Part shown: piece by piece, positions 26,286-37,800 of the stretch | Layout of the letters: the number at the start of each line of letters is the position of its first letter | Position numbering within the stretch: the stretch's first letter is position 1 | Assembly (NCBI GenBank): GCA_934778215.1 | Contig: CAKVOE010000003.1 | Span: forward strand, 6,758 to 70,757 | Reading direction: 5' to 3' | Length of the DNA stretch: 64,000 nt | From: an uncultured Clostridia bacterium | GTDB taxonomy: Bacteria; Bacillota; Clostridia; Christensenellales; UBA1242 | Position numbers and translations under genes: made by a program | The notes under the pieces: model-generated | What the model was told of the DNA's origin: nothing | Database searches by the model: none | Seen by the model: only the letters and a program-made list of their open reading frames with translations

Positions 26286-28775
26286 TTAGTCTAATGATTT
26301 AAAAGAAAATTCGCCATTTTTATAATCCACTTCAAGTTTTTTGCCCGCACTAACTTCGCCACTTAGCAAGCATTCCGCAAGTTTATCTTCTACCTTTTGC
26401 TCTATAACACGCTTTAATGGTCTTGCACCATAAACCTCGCTATAACCTTCTGCAACAAGACCCTTAATAGCGTTTTCGTTAAATCCCACTTGAATATTCT
26501 GTGCTTTTAATTTCTTGTTTAAGTTTGCAATCATAATTGTGGCAATTTTGCGAATATCCTCTTCTTTTAATGAGTTAAACACAACAACCACATCAACCCT
26601 ATTAATAAACTCTGGTTTAAACTTTGCCTTCAATGCGTCCATCAACTTCTCTTTTATAGACTGTGAAGCGTCTTCGCTTGTGCCAAAGCCAAGTTTGTTT
26701 GTGTTTTTAGGAAGTTCTGCAACACCGGCATTGCTGGTCATAATAATTACACAGTTTTTAAAACTAACCGTTCGTCCCTGACTATCGGTAAGTCTGCCCT
26801 CGTCCAAAATTTGAAGCATCAAATTAAATATATCTGGGTGTGCCTTTTCTATTTCATCGAACAATACCACCGAATAAGGTTTTCTTCTTACCGCTTCGGT
26901 TAGTTGACCGCCCTCATCAAACCCAACATATCCCGGTGGCGAACCTATCATTTTGCTAACCGAATGCGACTCCATATACTCACTCATATCCAATCTAATA
27001 ATGGCGTTTTCGTCATCAAACATTGCTTCTGCTAACGCTTTGGTTAACTCCGTTTTGCCAACACCGGTTGGCCCCAAGAATATAAATGAACCAATAGGTC
27101 TTTTTGGGTCTTTTAGCCCTGCTCTTGCACGCCTAATTGCCTTACTAACAGCAACAACCGCTTCATCTTGACCAATTACTCTACTTTTTAAAACATCTTC
27201 TAATTTTAGCAATTTTTGCTTTTCGCTTTCCGTTAATTTGGTAACAGGTATACCCGTCCAACTGCTAACAATGTCGGCTATGTCCTCTTTGTTTACCACA
27301 CCCGTTTGGTTACCCTTGCTCGCATTCCACGCATTCATTCTTACAAGATAATCGCCCCTAACGGTGTTAATTTTTGCGGTACACTGCTCTATCCACGCCC
27401 ACTCATTGCTCTTTTCGGCTTCCTTTTTTTGCATTTCTAGTTCTTTAAGTTCTTTTGATAGTGCCTTTATATCATCGGGAACAATACTACCCTTTACTCT
27501 TGCTCTGCTTGCCGCCTCATCAATTAAATCTATTGCTTTATCAGGCAAACTTCTGTCCATAATGTATCTAATAGACAAATTAACGGCCGCTTCAATAGCA
27601 TCATCGGTTATTTTTACCTTATGAAAGGCTTCGTAACTATCTCTAATGCCCTTTAATATCAAAACGGTGTCTTCTGGAGTAGGTTCTTCGACAATAATTG
27701 GTTGAAAACGCCTCTCTAAAGCCTTGTCTTTTTCTATAAATTTTCGGTATTCATCTGTAGTTGTAGCACCTATGGTCTGCATTTCTCCACGGGCAAGATA
27801 GGGCTTTAAAATATCTGCGGGACTTAACTCGTCTTGATGCGACCCTGCTTGAGCAAGGGTATGAATTTCATCAATAAACACAATAATGTTCTTTCTGGAC
27901 GTTATTTCGTTTATTGCATTTTTTAGCCTTTCTTCCATAGACCCACGATATTTTGTGCCTGCCATTAGTGAACCTATTTCTAAACTAAAAATTGTTTTGT
28001 CTTTTAATAGTTCGGGAACTTCGCCCTTAACAATCGCTTGAGCCAAACCCTCTACCACAGCAGATTTACCAACCCCCGCTTCACCAATTAAAACGGGATT
28101 GTTTTTTGTTTTTCGGCACAAAATTTCTATAATTCGGTTAGTTTCTTTATTTCTGCCAATTATCGGATCCATTTTGCCACGCCTTGCACGCTCAGTCATA
28201 TCAATGCCAAGGTCTTTTAAAACATCGGGCAAATTTGAGTTTATATCTTCTTGCTCTTCCGACTTTGTGGTTTTGCTTTTGTGTGCCTTTGCCTCATCAT
28301 CGTCATCGACTAAATCACCATCGCCCTTTAACCTACCATTGTTTAACAAATAAATTACATCAGAAGTAATAGTCTGCAAATTGATATTCTGTGACCTCAA
28401 AATATCACAAGCCATGTTAGTTTGCTCTGCCAAAATGCAATACAAAAGATGTTCGGAATAAATATAGCCTGCATTTAGTTGATATGCCAACTGCTCGCTA
28501 CTTTTAATTATTGCCTTTGCTTTTGGCGAAAAATCAATAGCCATACCCTTAGGCAATGGCTTTGCATCAGGATATTTATCTCGCACAAGCCTTTCTAACT
28601 TTTTTAAGTTTATATTATATTTTTCAAGAATTTTAGATGCCATACTTTTTTCTACGCTACAAAGCCCCAACAATAGGTGCTCTGTTGCAACACACGCCGA
28701 ACCCATACTAATGGCGTATCTTTTAGAATTTTGAATGGCCGTTCTAACATTTTCTGCCGGACTTAAATCAAACAT
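26286..28775 (-). CDS. clpC: ATP-dependent Clp protease ATP-binding subunit ClpC
   Basis: 829 aa with Clp_N repeats and two AAA+ modules ([18 protein letters not shown]). Last gene of the ctsR-mcsA-mcsB-clpC operon. Confidence 0.95.
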   Translation of the reverse strand: MFDLSPAENVRTAIQNSKRYAISMGSACVATEHLLLGLCSVEKSMASKILEKYNINLKKLERLVRDKYPDAKPLPKGMAIDFSPKAKAIIKSSEQLAYQLNAGYIYSEHLLYCILAEQTNMACDILRSQNINLQTITSDVIYLLNNGRLKGDGDLVDDDDEAKAHKSKTTKSEEQEDINSNLPDVLKDLGIDMTERARRGKMDPIIGRNKETNRIIEILCRKTKNNPVLIGEAGVGKSAVVEGLAQAIVKGEVPELLKDKTIFSLEIGSLMAGTKYRGSMEERLKNAINEITSRKNIIVFIDEIHTLAQAGSHQDELSPADILKPYLARGEMQTIGATTTDEYRKFIEKDKALERRFQPIIVEEPTPEDTVLILKGIRDSYEAFHKVKITDDAIEAAVNLSIRYIMDRSLPDKAIDLIDEAASRARVKGSIVPDDIKALSKELKELEMQKKEAEKSNEWAWIEQCTAKINTVRGDYLVRMNAWNASKGNQTGVVNKEDIADIVSSWTGIPVTKLTESEKQKLLKLEDVLKSRVIGQDEAVVAVSKAIRRARAGLKDPKRPIGSFIFLGPTGVGKTELTKALAEAMFDDENAIIRLDMSEYMESHSVSKMIGSPPGYVGFDEGGQLTEAVRRKPYSVVLFDEIEKAHPDIFNLMLQILDEGRLTDSQGRTVSFKNCVIIMTSNAGVAELPKNTNKLGFGTSEDASQSIKEKLMDALKAKFKPEFINRVDVVVVFNSLKEEDIRKIATIMIANLNKKLKAQNIQVGFNENAIKGLVAEGYSEVYGARPLKRVIEQKVEDKLAECLLSGEVSAGKKLEVDYKNGEFSFKSLD

Positions 28776-28787
28776 ACATTCTCCTCC

Positions 28788-29801
28788 CTATTTAATTCTA
28801 TTATTTTTTAGTTGTTTATATAAATTTTCTGCTCTAAACTTTGCCGTTTCTTCTACCGTCATCATTTTGCCTTTAATTTTCATAAGGGCCAAGTCAGACC
28901 CATACTCAATTAATCGGTCAATAATTTTATTGTCGTTTAGCACTATTATTCCAAGACTTATTCCAAGTTTTACCTCTCCCGCTAACTTCATAAATTCGGT
29001 GTAGTCTATTGTGTAACAATTAGTTAATATTCCAAACGCACGCCAAACAATATCCGTTGTTGCAACATATTGAAATTTATCAATCATCTTTTTTCTTTCG
29101 TTTATTTCCATCTCAACAATTTTTAAAACGGCAGTTTTTACATTTGCAATTATTTCTCTTTCGCTAACTCCTATTGTTACCGCATTAGATATTTGATACA
29201 TATACCCTAGCGGAAAACTTCCTTCTCCCAAAACGCCCCTAACGGTTAAACCTTTTTCTTTAACAGCAGAAATTATGCTATCAATCTTAGAATTTATAGT
29301 TAGCGCCGGCAAAAACAGCATAACGCTAGCCCTAAGCCCCGTACCGGCATTGGTTAAGCAACTGGTTAAATATCCAAATTTTTCGTCATAGGCAAACTCC
29401 AAATTATCGTCTAACTCATCATCTATCTCGCTAACTAGTCTAAAAGCCAAATCTAAATTAAACCCCTTTAAAATGCATTGCTCTCTTATGTGGTCTTCTT
29501 CGTTTACCATAATAGAAACCGTTTCATCGTCACGAATTATGCTAGCACCTGTTTCTTTATTCTTTATTAATTCTTTACTAATTAAATGCTTTGCACACAT
29601 CAAATCGCTATCAAAATCACTAATAGCACCCATTCGGTAAACCTTGTATTTGCCTAGTGGCATAACAATATCTGCAACTTTATTTACTAAATTTTTTGAA
29701 AATTCACTGTCAAAATTTTGCGTAAAATTATTACCCGCAATATTTCTTGCTATTCGCACTCTGCTCGAAATAACTACGCTTTCTAAACTATTGTCAAACA
29801 C
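28788..29801 (-). CDS. mcsB: Protein arginine kinase McsB
   Basis: Guanido phosphotransferase domain with NEEDHIR motif. GTG start with GGGGGT SD. Confidence 0.9.
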   Translation of the reverse strand: MFDNSLESVVISSRVRIARNIAGNNFTQNFDSEFSKNLVNKVADIVMPLGKYKVYRMGAISDFDSDLMCAKHLISKELIKNKETGASIIRDDETVSIMVNEEDHIREQCILKGFNLDLAFRLVSEIDDELDDNLEFAYDEKFGYLTSCLTNAGTGLRASVMLFLPALTINSKIDSIISAVKEKGLTVRGVLGEGSFPLGYMYQISNAVTIGVSEREIIANVKTAVLKIVEMEINERKKMIDKFQYVATTDIVWRAFGILTNCYTIDYTEFMKLAGEVKLGISLGIIVLNDNKIIDRLIEYGSDLALMKIKGKMMTVEETAKFRAENLYKQLKNNRIK

Positions 29802-29803
29802 TT

Positions 29804-30256
29804 TTATTTACCCCCAAAAAATCTTTTATTAAAGTCGTTTGGGTCAAACGAATTTTTCTTTTTGCCAAGCCCACCACTCTTTAAGTGCTGGTTATTAGCG
29901 TCACTTGTAGTTTTTTCGTAGGACATAAACTTTTTTGGAGATTTACCCACGTGCGTACATTTCCCCTGAATTATGGTAAGAATTCTCTCTATTTCTGGCT
30001 CAAAAATCTGATAACATTTATCGCAACCTACATAATTGGTTTTTTCTATATCTTGAACGGTTGCTTTGCATTTTGGACAAGTTAAAACCCCTTCATCTTG
30101 CGTCCAAAAATCTAGTACTTCTACCGTTGGCTCGGGCTGATTTTGCTGAACCTTACTTGCACAACTCTCGCACAAAAACACATGCACTTTACCGAAGCCC
30201 AAATCAACCTCTCTATCCATAACCGCTTCTTTTTGGTTACACATCGAACAAAGCAC
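29804..30256 (-). CDS. mcsA: McsA (zinc-finger activator of McsB)
   Basis: Several CxxC pairs (CSMC, CESC, CPKC, CDKC). GTG start overlaps the ctsR stop. Confidence 0.8.
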   Translation of the reverse strand: MLCSMCNQKEAVMDREVDLGFGKVHVFLCESCASKVQQNQPEPTVEVLDFWTQDEGVLTCPKCKATVQDIEKTNYVGCDKCYQIFEPEIERILTIIQGKCTHVGKSPKKFMSYEKTTSDANNQHLKSGGLGKKKNSFDPNDFNKRFFGGK

Positions 30257-30726
30257 TAATTTTCACCTCCTCTTTCTTTTAAAAGAACAAGTAAAACATT
30301 TTTAAAAATTTGTGCCCGCAATTTATCTTTAAACGAATAGGGCATATTTAGAGCGTTTTCAGATAATCCTGCAAATATTAACTGCCTTTCTTTTGCCGAT
30401 AGTACGCTATCTGCTTCTAGTTTGTCCAAAATTTGACTAGCTCTTTTTTCGGTTAACTCTTCGCCTATACTTTCCATAATTAAACTGTTTACATAGTTAT
30501 CGTCAGTCATAGGAACTTTGGTAATTCTAATAAAACCGCCACCACCTCGCCGACTTTCTTTAATAAACCCCCTATCCATTGTAAATCGTGTTTCTAAAAC
30601 ATAGTTAATTTGACTAGGAACGCACGAAAAAAAGTTTGCCAAATCGTTTCTACTTATTTCTACCGTACCGTCCTCTTTTAAAGATTTTAATATAAATTGT
30701 TCTATGCAATCGCTAATGTTTGCCAT
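30256..30726 (-). CDS. ctsR: Class III stress gene repressor CtsR
   Basis: 156 aa with an N-terminal wHTH and the glycine loop RRGGGGFIRI. First gene of the clpC operon. Confidence 0.9.
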   Translation of the reverse strand: MANISDCIEQFILKSLKEDGTVEISRNDLANFFSCVPSQINYVLETRFTMDRGFIKESRRGGGGFIRITKVPMTDDNYVNSLIMESIGEELTEKRASQILDKLEADSVLSAKERQLIFAGLSENALNMPYSFKDKLRAQIFKNVLLVLLKERGGEN

Positions 30727-30742
30727 ACCACCCTCCTTTAAA

Positions 30743-30759
30743 GGTCAAAATTAGTCAAA
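30743..30759. promoter_or_regulatory. CtsR operator (heptad direct repeat)
   Basis: GGTCAAA-ATT-AGTCAAA matches the published consensus A/GGTCAAANANA/GGTCAAA. It lies between the -10 element and the SD of ctsR. Confidence 0.75.
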
Positions 30760-30771
30760 GATTATAATTAA

Positions 30772-30800
30772 ATTATAAACGGTCGACTTTTAGTAGTCAA
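30772..30800 (-). promoter_or_regulatory. Sigma-A-type promoter of ctsR operon
   Basis: TTGACT (30800-30795), 17 nt spacer, TATAAT (30777-30772). Confidence 0.6.
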
Positions 30801-30837
30801 CCGTTTTTAGCCCAAATTAAATTATTACACAATATTT

Positions 30838-31449
30838 TTATATTTTGTCTAACTCTTTAAAGTTGTTTTCGTTTACAAGTTGCCATTTTATAACTTTTGT
30901 ATAATATTTTTTTGCCGATTTTACTCTTTTTATATATTGCACTGTTTCTGGAAAATCTAGTGCTTTTATATCAAAACTCCCTCCGTTTGATTTAAGGTAA
31001 TTTGCCAGTGTTCCCTCTCCTGCATTGTAAGCAAACAAAACCTTATCTTCATCGTCAAACTTATCAAATAAATAAGATAAATAAAAACAACCGAACTCAA
31101 TATTTAGTTTTGGGTTATACAAATCTTCTTCCGAAAAATTTATATATTTTAATTCATTTGCTATGGCTTTTGCTGAGCGTGGCATTATCTGCATTAAACC
31201 CATTGCTCCTTTTACACTTTTTGCATTTTTCATAAACCCGCTTTCGGAATTAATTATTGCAAGCACCAAACTGGGGTCTAGCGAATACTCTGCCGAATAG
31301 TGTAAAACCCATTCAAAATAGCAAACGGGATATTTTAATTTTTTGTACATTATAAGACCAACCGCCAACCCGCTCCCAATAGCAATCGCTAACATAAAAA
31401 AAACAACCATTCTTTTTGCACAATTCTCCATTTGTATAATTTTTTGCAA
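30838..31449 (-). CDS. Lytic transglycosylase (SLT domain), membrane anchored
   Basis: ESGFMKNAKSVKGAMGLMQIM catalytic motif and an N-terminal TM helix. The start codon is uncertain (TTG 31449 or ATG 31431/31410). Confidence 0.75.
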   Translation of the reverse strand: MQKIIQMENCAKRMVVFFMLAIAIGSGLAVGLIMYKKLKYPVCYFEWVLHYSAEYSLDPSLVLAIINSESGFMKNAKSVKGAMGLMQIMPRSAKAIANELKYINFSEEDLYNPKLNIEFGCFYLSYLFDKFDDEDKVLFAYNAGEGTLANYLKSNGGSFDIKALDFPETVQYIKRVKSAKKYYTKVIKWQLVNENNFKELDKI

Positions 31450-31474
31450 AATGAATGGTTTTTAAACTTAAAAT

Positions 31475-32056
31475 TTATTTTTCGTAACTATAATCTTCTT
31501 TTTCTTTTTCGTCTTGTACGTCTTTGCCCTTGTTCTCTTTTTTCCTTTGCTTAATTCTGCCGTTTACCCTGTTTATATAAACCTGCAATGTATATCTATA
31601 TTTTGCATCAGATAAAAGTTCTTCTAGTCTATCTTTTAAAATGAGTTCACCCGCTTTTGAAACCTTTGTACCCTTTTTATCATCAATCGAATTTATAATA
31701 TCCCTTCGATTGTTTTCTATTTCGTTTCTGCCAATGTACAGTGTTTCAGCAAAGGCCAGCGCACAACCCATACCAATAAACCCAGTAAACATAGCGGGTT
31801 TTGTGTGATAGTTATTAATCATAATTGAATTTATAATCGCATTAGAAATAGTCGGCAAAAAATACGCAATAACCGGCAATGGAGAACAGCTTAAATACTC
31901 TTGACGATTGCATTGCTTTATTAACTTTCCAACAGCCTTTCTCAACTTTTCATCATGCTCTATATAATACATTAAAAGTTTTGCAATTTCATCACTTTTG
32001 GCAAGATAAAACATATCCGCCGTTCTGTCAAAAAACCAATTGTTCTGTTCTTCCAT
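31475..32056 (-). CDS. Hypothetical membrane protein
   Basis: 193 aa with two central hydrophobic helices and a lysine/glutamate-rich tail. SD AAGGGG. Confidence 0.5.
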   Translation of the reverse strand: MEEQNNWFFDRTADMFYLAKSDEIAKLLMYYIEHDEKLRKAVGKLIKQCNRQEYLSCSPLPVIAYFLPTISNAIINSIMINNYHTKPAMFTGFIGMGCALAFAETLYIGRNEIENNRRDIINSIDDKKGTKVSKAGELILKDRLEELLSDAKYRYTLQVYINRVNGRIKQRKKENKGKDVQDEKEKEDYSYEK

Positions 32057-32110
32057 AAAACACCGCCCCTTTTAGTTTAATCATTATATCACTTTAAAAG
32101 GGCACTTTCA

Positions 32111-32153
32111 ATAGGTTAACAAAAAAACAACCAGTTTTTGAAAAAGTATTCAA
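32111..32153 (-). terminator. Intrinsic terminator after polA
   Basis: CAACCGGTTTTTGAA / TTCAAAAACTGGTTG form a 15-bp stem with one G-U pair, followed by T7. Confidence 0.85.
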
Positions 32154-32171
32154 AAACCGGTTGTAAAATTA

Positions 32172-34730
32172 TTAATGACCTTCGCTCCATCTATATGCAA
32201 TACTACTATCTACCACTAGCGGAACCGTCATTTGCGGAAAAGCCTCGCTCATACATTTTTGAACCAAACACTTAACCTGTTCCGCTTCATCTGCCCTGCA
32301 ATCTACAATCAACTCATCATGCACTTGCATAATAAGTTTTGCATCTAGTTTTGCCACTTTTAATTCTTTATCTAATTTTAGCATAGCTAGTTTTATAATA
32401 TCGGCAGCACTCCCCTGCACAGGCATATTTTGTGAAGCACGCTCCGCTGACTGTCGCACCATATAGTTAGGGCTGTTAATTTCCGTCATTTTTCTTGTTC
32501 TTCCCAAAATAGTTACCGCACGCCCCGTTTCCTTTGCCTCACTGATTCTTTTTTCCATAAACTCTTTAATTTTTGGGTGAAGTGCAAAATAAGCATTTAT
32601 ATATTCTCTTGCTTCCCAAACAGGAATTTTTAAATCTCTGCTTAAACCATATTCACTAATACCATAATTTACACCAAAGTTAACCACTTTTGCAAGACGC
32701 CTCATTTCGGGAGTAATATTTTCTTCGGTTACGCCAAACACCGCCATAGCCGTTTGGTTATGAATATCTATATTTTCTTTAAAGGCCTTTAATAGCATCT
32801 CATCGCCCGATAAATATGCCAAAACCCTTAACTCAATTTGTGAGTAATCAGAATCTACCAAAACTCTGTTTTCGTCGCTCGCAACAAAAATGCCCCTAAT
32901 ATCTCTGGCTTCATCGCCACGAACAGGAATGTTTTGCAAATTTGGTTCGGTAGAAGACAATCTTCCTGTGGTGGTAAGAGTTTGATTAAATGTTGTATGA
33001 ATAAAGCCTTCGCTATCAATTTTTTCGTACATATTTTTAATAAAACTGCTTAAATATTTTGCCACCTTTCTGTATCTAATAATAAGTGGGATAATTTCGT
33101 GTTTGTCTTCTAGTTCTTCCAAAACTTCCATGGCAGTAGAGCGTTTTTTAGATTTGGATAATTTTAATTCGTCATACAGTAGTTCGGCAAGTTGTTTTGG
33201 CGAATTAATATTAATTTCGCTACCAGCAAGCAAATGAATTTGCTTTGTAAGACTTATTAACTCGGTATTGTATTTTTCCTTTAACTCATCTAGTTTTGCT
33301 CTATCTACCTTAAACCCTGTTTTTTCCATTTCGTACAAAACAAAACTTAAAGGCAATTCTATTTCGTAATACAGTTTTGTCATCTGATTTTGTTCAAGGT
33401 CTTCAATTAGCACCGCTTTTGCCTCAGTTAAAAATAGTGCCGGCAACTTTTCAATCCGCTCATAATCATCAGTTAAAAGCATTAAGTTGGTTACGCTTTC
33501 GCCCGTTTGCAAGTGTCTTGCAATCATACAGTCAAAAATATTTTTTGCAAGCACCACTCCAAAGTTATCCAAAAAGTGCCTTACCGACTTACTATCAAAC
33601 AACACCTTGGTAATTTTTTCACTTTCAAAAACAGGTTTTAGTGCCATTATAATAGAACTAGTGGTTAAACCTTCTCCCAACAAGTTTTCAATTGGCTCCA
33701 CAAAAAAGTCATTAACGCCATCTGATAAATGAAATCCATTTTCAACTTCCACAAAGCCAACTTCACTTTTTTGCATAAGTGCATCTACAAGTTTTAAAAG
33801 TGCATCTAGTGAGTCTATTTTTTGACTTTCTTTTGTAAGCGGAATTTTTGTAAGCGAATTTGTATTTTCTTCACTTTCAAAAAACTCCGTTTTGTTTATA
33901 AGCGAACGAAAGGCATTTTCCTTCATAAACTTCATAACTTCATTGCTAAAAGGTAGTTTGTACAAAAAGTCGTCTAGCGTGCAATTAAGTTCAACTTCGG
34001 TATTTATTTTTGCCAGTTTGTAACTTAAATAGGCATCTTCTTTATGTTCTTTTAATTTTGTTTGGGTTGCTCCCTTAATGTTTTCAATATTTGCATAAAT
34101 GTTGTCTAAATTTTTGTAAGTTTTTACAAGTTCTAGTGCGGTTTTTTCGCCCACACCCTTTACGCCGGGAATATTATCCGAACTATCCCCAGCCAAACTT
34201 TTTACATACACAAACTCATCAGGCGTTACTCCGTAGTCTTTAAGCATTACATCGTTATCCATAACCCTAACATCGGTTAAACCCTTTTTGTTTAAATATA
34301 CAACCGTGGTATCATCAATTAGTTGAAAGGTATCTCTATCTCCCGTAATTATTATTGTTGGAACCTTAAACTTTTTAGCAATTGTTCCCACAATATCATC
34401 GCCTTCTAACCCTTCCTTTTGCACATATTTAATTCCCATTAGCGTCAAAAGTTGTTTTAACGGCTCAAACTGAACCCTAAGTTCTTCGGGCATAGGCTTG
34501 CGGGTGGCTTTGTATCCATCATATAAATCATTTCTAAAAGTGTGCCTCGAAACATCAAAACTTATTGCAATATGAGTGGGTTTGTACTCTTTAATTATTT
34601 TAAACAATTGGTTGCAAAAACCATAAATTGCATTGGTGGGCATTCCCTTGCCATTTTTCATGGTTATAGGCAACGCATAAAATTCCCTATAAAACACACT
34701 GTTTCCATCAATAATAATTAACTTTTCCAT
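32172..34730 (-). CDS. polA: DNA polymerase I
   Basis: 852 aa with a 5'-3' exonuclease N-domain and polymerase motifs DYSQIELRVLA and QVHDE. Confidence 0.95.
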   Translation of the reverse strand: MEKLIIIDGNSVFYREFYALPITMKNGKGMPTNAIYGFCNQLFKIIKEYKPTHIAISFDVSRHTFRNDLYDGYKATRKPMPEELRVQFEPLKQLLTLMGIKYVQKEGLEGDDIVGTIAKKFKVPTIIITGDRDTFQLIDDTTVVYLNKKGLTDVRVMDNDVMLKDYGVTPDEFVYVKSLAGDSSDNIPGVKGVGEKTALELVKTYKNLDNIYANIENIKGATQTKLKEHKEDAYLSYKLAKINTEVELNCTLDDFLYKLPFSNEVMKFMKENAFRSLINKTEFFESEENTNSLTKIPLTKESQKIDSLDALLKLVDALMQKSEVGFVEVENGFHLSDGVNDFFVEPIENLLGEGLTTSSIIMALKPVFESEKITKVLFDSKSVRHFLDNFGVVLAKNIFDCMIARHLQTGESVTNLMLLTDDYERIEKLPALFLTEAKAVLIEDLEQNQMTKLYYEIELPLSFVLYEMEKTGFKVDRAKLDELKEKYNTELISLTKQIHLLAGSEININSPKQLAELLYDELKLSKSKKRSTAMEVLEELEDKHEIIPLIIRYRKVAKYLSSFIKNMYEKIDSEGFIHTTFNQTLTTTGRLSSTEPNLQNIPVRGDEARDIRGIFVASDENRVLVDSDYSQIELRVLAYLSGDEMLLKAFKENIDIHNQTAMAVFGVTEENITPEMRRLAKVVNFGVNYGISEYGLSRDLKIPVWEAREYINAYFALHPKIKEFMEKRISEAKETGRAVTILGRTRKMTEINSPNYMVRQSAERASQNMPVQGSAADIIKLAMLKLDKELKVAKLDAKLIMQVHDELIVDCRADEAEQVKCLVQKCMSEAFPQMTVPLVVDSSIAYRWSEGH

Positions 34731-34805
34731 ATTCCTTTCTTCCTACAATTTATGTAATAATTATACCATATTTTCTTTATTAAATTCAATTAAACTATAT
34801 CAAAA

Positions 34806-34839
34806 ATTAAAAAACACCTCCTAAATAATTAAGAGGTGT
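34806..34839 (-). terminator. Intrinsic terminator after large surface protein gene
   Basis: ACACCTC/12-nt loop/GAGGTGT followed by TTTTTAATTTTT. Confidence 0.75.
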
Positions 34840-34847
34840 AATTTTTG

Positions 34848-37800
34848 TTATGGTTCAACAGGCTCTGGTGTAGGCTCTGTTGGTTTTGGCTGAATACCAA
34901 CCACACTAATAGATATGCTATAATTTTGAGTAAAGGCTTCTTTTAACTTATCCTTTATAAGCGTTACAGTGTTTTCGCCATTAACTAAGTTAACTACAAC
35001 CAATTCCTCGCCATTCATTTTTACACTAACAACACCCGTTGCCCCATCTGGCACGATGTAGTCTTCGTTTAGCACAACCTTTAATTTGACATCTTCGTTA
35101 AAGTTAGCTAACTTAATAAGTCCGTCAGCGTCTAGTCCTACAATGGTAAAGCCCTCATTTGCTTTTGTAACAGAAATTTTGGTTGTAACGTTGCTTGCTA
35201 CCAAATTAAAGTTTTTCAAATCTTTTTCTACAATAGAATACTTATATGCACCACTCGTTTCATCTACTTCTACAAAGGTTAGTCCATTAAAGATTGGGTG
35301 GTCTACTTCGCCATTAATTTTGATATTTTCTTTCATTGTAATTAAACAATAATATATATCAGCATGGCTCTCATAATTTGTAGTAATTGTGTTTGCAGGA
35401 ACATTTTCTGCATCTAACAATGTTTCGCCGTCTTTGTTTTGTAGAGTTATAGAATCTATAAAGTCGGTACCCGAAACTATTTTGTATTTGGTTGAAATAT
35501 GCAAATCTGTTATTTTGTTTGTTGTTCCGTCAATGGTTATGGTATATTTACCATTTATTTTATTTGCTTCATATACACGCCACTGACCATTATCTAGTCT
35601 TCCGGCAACCTTTTCAACTTTTAGAGTGCTATCATTTTTGCCAATTGTAAATATAAATGAATCGCCTTCTAAGAAGGTATAACTTGTAGTTGTGTCAAAA
35701 TTAATATTTACATTTTCTTCGGTTCGGTCGCTGTGTCTTATTGTTCCATTTAAAGTAAAGCCTTTGCCTAACAAGTTTACGGTATATTTATTTAAGTCAT
35801 ACTGAGCATAAAAATATCTTACCTTATACTTGCCATTTACCGCACCAAAAGATTCTCCACTAGCAAACGACTTAACATTTTCGCTAACATATTTTACATT
35901 TTGTGGATTGGTTTCATAATTACTTGCCTCTCTCCAACCCGCAAAGGTATGCCCGCTGTAATCTTTTGCGTCATCAATTATAGCGGTTTTTGCTTCGCCG
36001 TATGTAACAAGCACAGGAACAGGATTAAGTGCATCACTCTTTTTGTATTCAACATATTTGCCATCGGTGTTTAAATACATAAACCTTACAGGATATACAT
36101 TAGTAACGCCAACTACGCAAATTTTAATATCATCGGTTATTTCTTCTCGTGGCACGCTATAAAAAATCTCGCTCTCGCCATTTTGGTCTACCACTTCAAA
36201 GGTATTATTTTCGCCTACTTCATAATATTTTCCATTACCAATACTATATGTAACTTTTAATCCGTCAAAATAATAACCATTGTCTGTATCTAGTTGAATT
36301 TTAAATTTAAACGAATCATTTAACGAAACTTTAACACCATCTGCCGAATTTAGGTCTACTCCAGTGTTCCACTCAACTACCTTAAACCCAACAGGCTCTA
36401 CCTTAACACCCTCAACATCGGTGTATGCTATGGTAGAAAATTGTTTGTATATATCACTTGAAATGCTTTTGTTTACCGTAGAAGCAACTACAATTTTTGA
36501 AAAGTTTTCAAATTGTGAATCGGTTAGTTGATATTTATCTATGTTTAGCGAGTTTTCACTTTCGCTAGTAACCAATTTTGGAGAACCCAATGTGCTACCG
36601 CTATCGCTATAAATTTCTAACTTATATTCGTCTGCTGTAAGTCTTCTAGGTTGCAAAGTAATTCCCTTTCTTTCAACCAATTCGTTGGTGTAGTTACCCC
36701 AAATAATAACGCTAATTTGTTTGGTTGCAGGGTCTGCCACAATTGCACCTTGACTAGATAAACTCTGCAAACGGTTTCTGTAAATGGTTACCGGAATGTA
36801 ACCTACTTCGTTGCCATACTTAAACTCTACATTAACCTCTCTTTTGGTTGCGTTTTGGTAGGCTCCGTCCCACCTTGCACTAATGTATCCGTCTTTTAAT
36901 GTGTAGCCCATGGTAGGTTGAGAGTTTGCACGAGTGGTTAGGTTAATTTTGCTCATATCTACATTTTTGACATTGTCGTTGCCATAATTGTAGGTCATCA
37001 TCAATTCAAAAAAGTTAAACCTTTCGCCATCGTAATATTCTGTTTTGCTGTTTGTACCAACATTTAAATAATATTCGCCAACTTGCACCGATTTGTCACC
37101 AAAGTTATAATTTTTAATAAAGTATACTCCGCAACAAATTACATAAAGAGAGGCTATTACTAGTGCTGGAATCCATAAATTGATAGGCTTTTTTACCTTT
37201 TTCTTTTTTGGTTTTGCAAGCGGTGTGGTTGTTATTTTTTTAGGAGTTGCAAGCGAATACGACCCCGCAAGCCCACGAGCCAAGTCGTTATCTGCGTTAG
37301 ATAGCGGATTGTTTAAAACGCTACCCATAGGGTTAGATGCTTTGCCACTAACAGTGCTAGACCTTGCTCCTGCACTTTGCCCATTTTTGCCAAGGCTTTC
37401 GTTAAAGTTTTCGTCCATTACCGCTTGTTCTAATTCCGAAACGCTTTTGTCAGTAACAATTTCTTCTTCCTGATTTTTGTTTTTGTTTTTACCCTTGCCA
37501 GAGCGAGGTGCGGAAGCCGAAGAACTTTGAGCAATCTGGCTTCTTTCTGCGCCCGAAAGTTTCACTCCGCCAACCATTGGAGTAGATATATTTTGCCCAC
37601 TTTCCATTCGTGCCAAAAATGAGTGTCTGGCACCAATTCGTGTTCTAAAATCAGCATCTTCTGCGGGACTTATAATTTGACTAGCCGAAGGTTCTTCTAC
37701 CACCGGCTCGCTAATATTTGTATTGCTATTAGTTTTGTTATCTTCAACAGGTTCTCTACTTGCTTCTTCCGCTTCTGGGCTTGCAGAAATTGTAGTTTCG

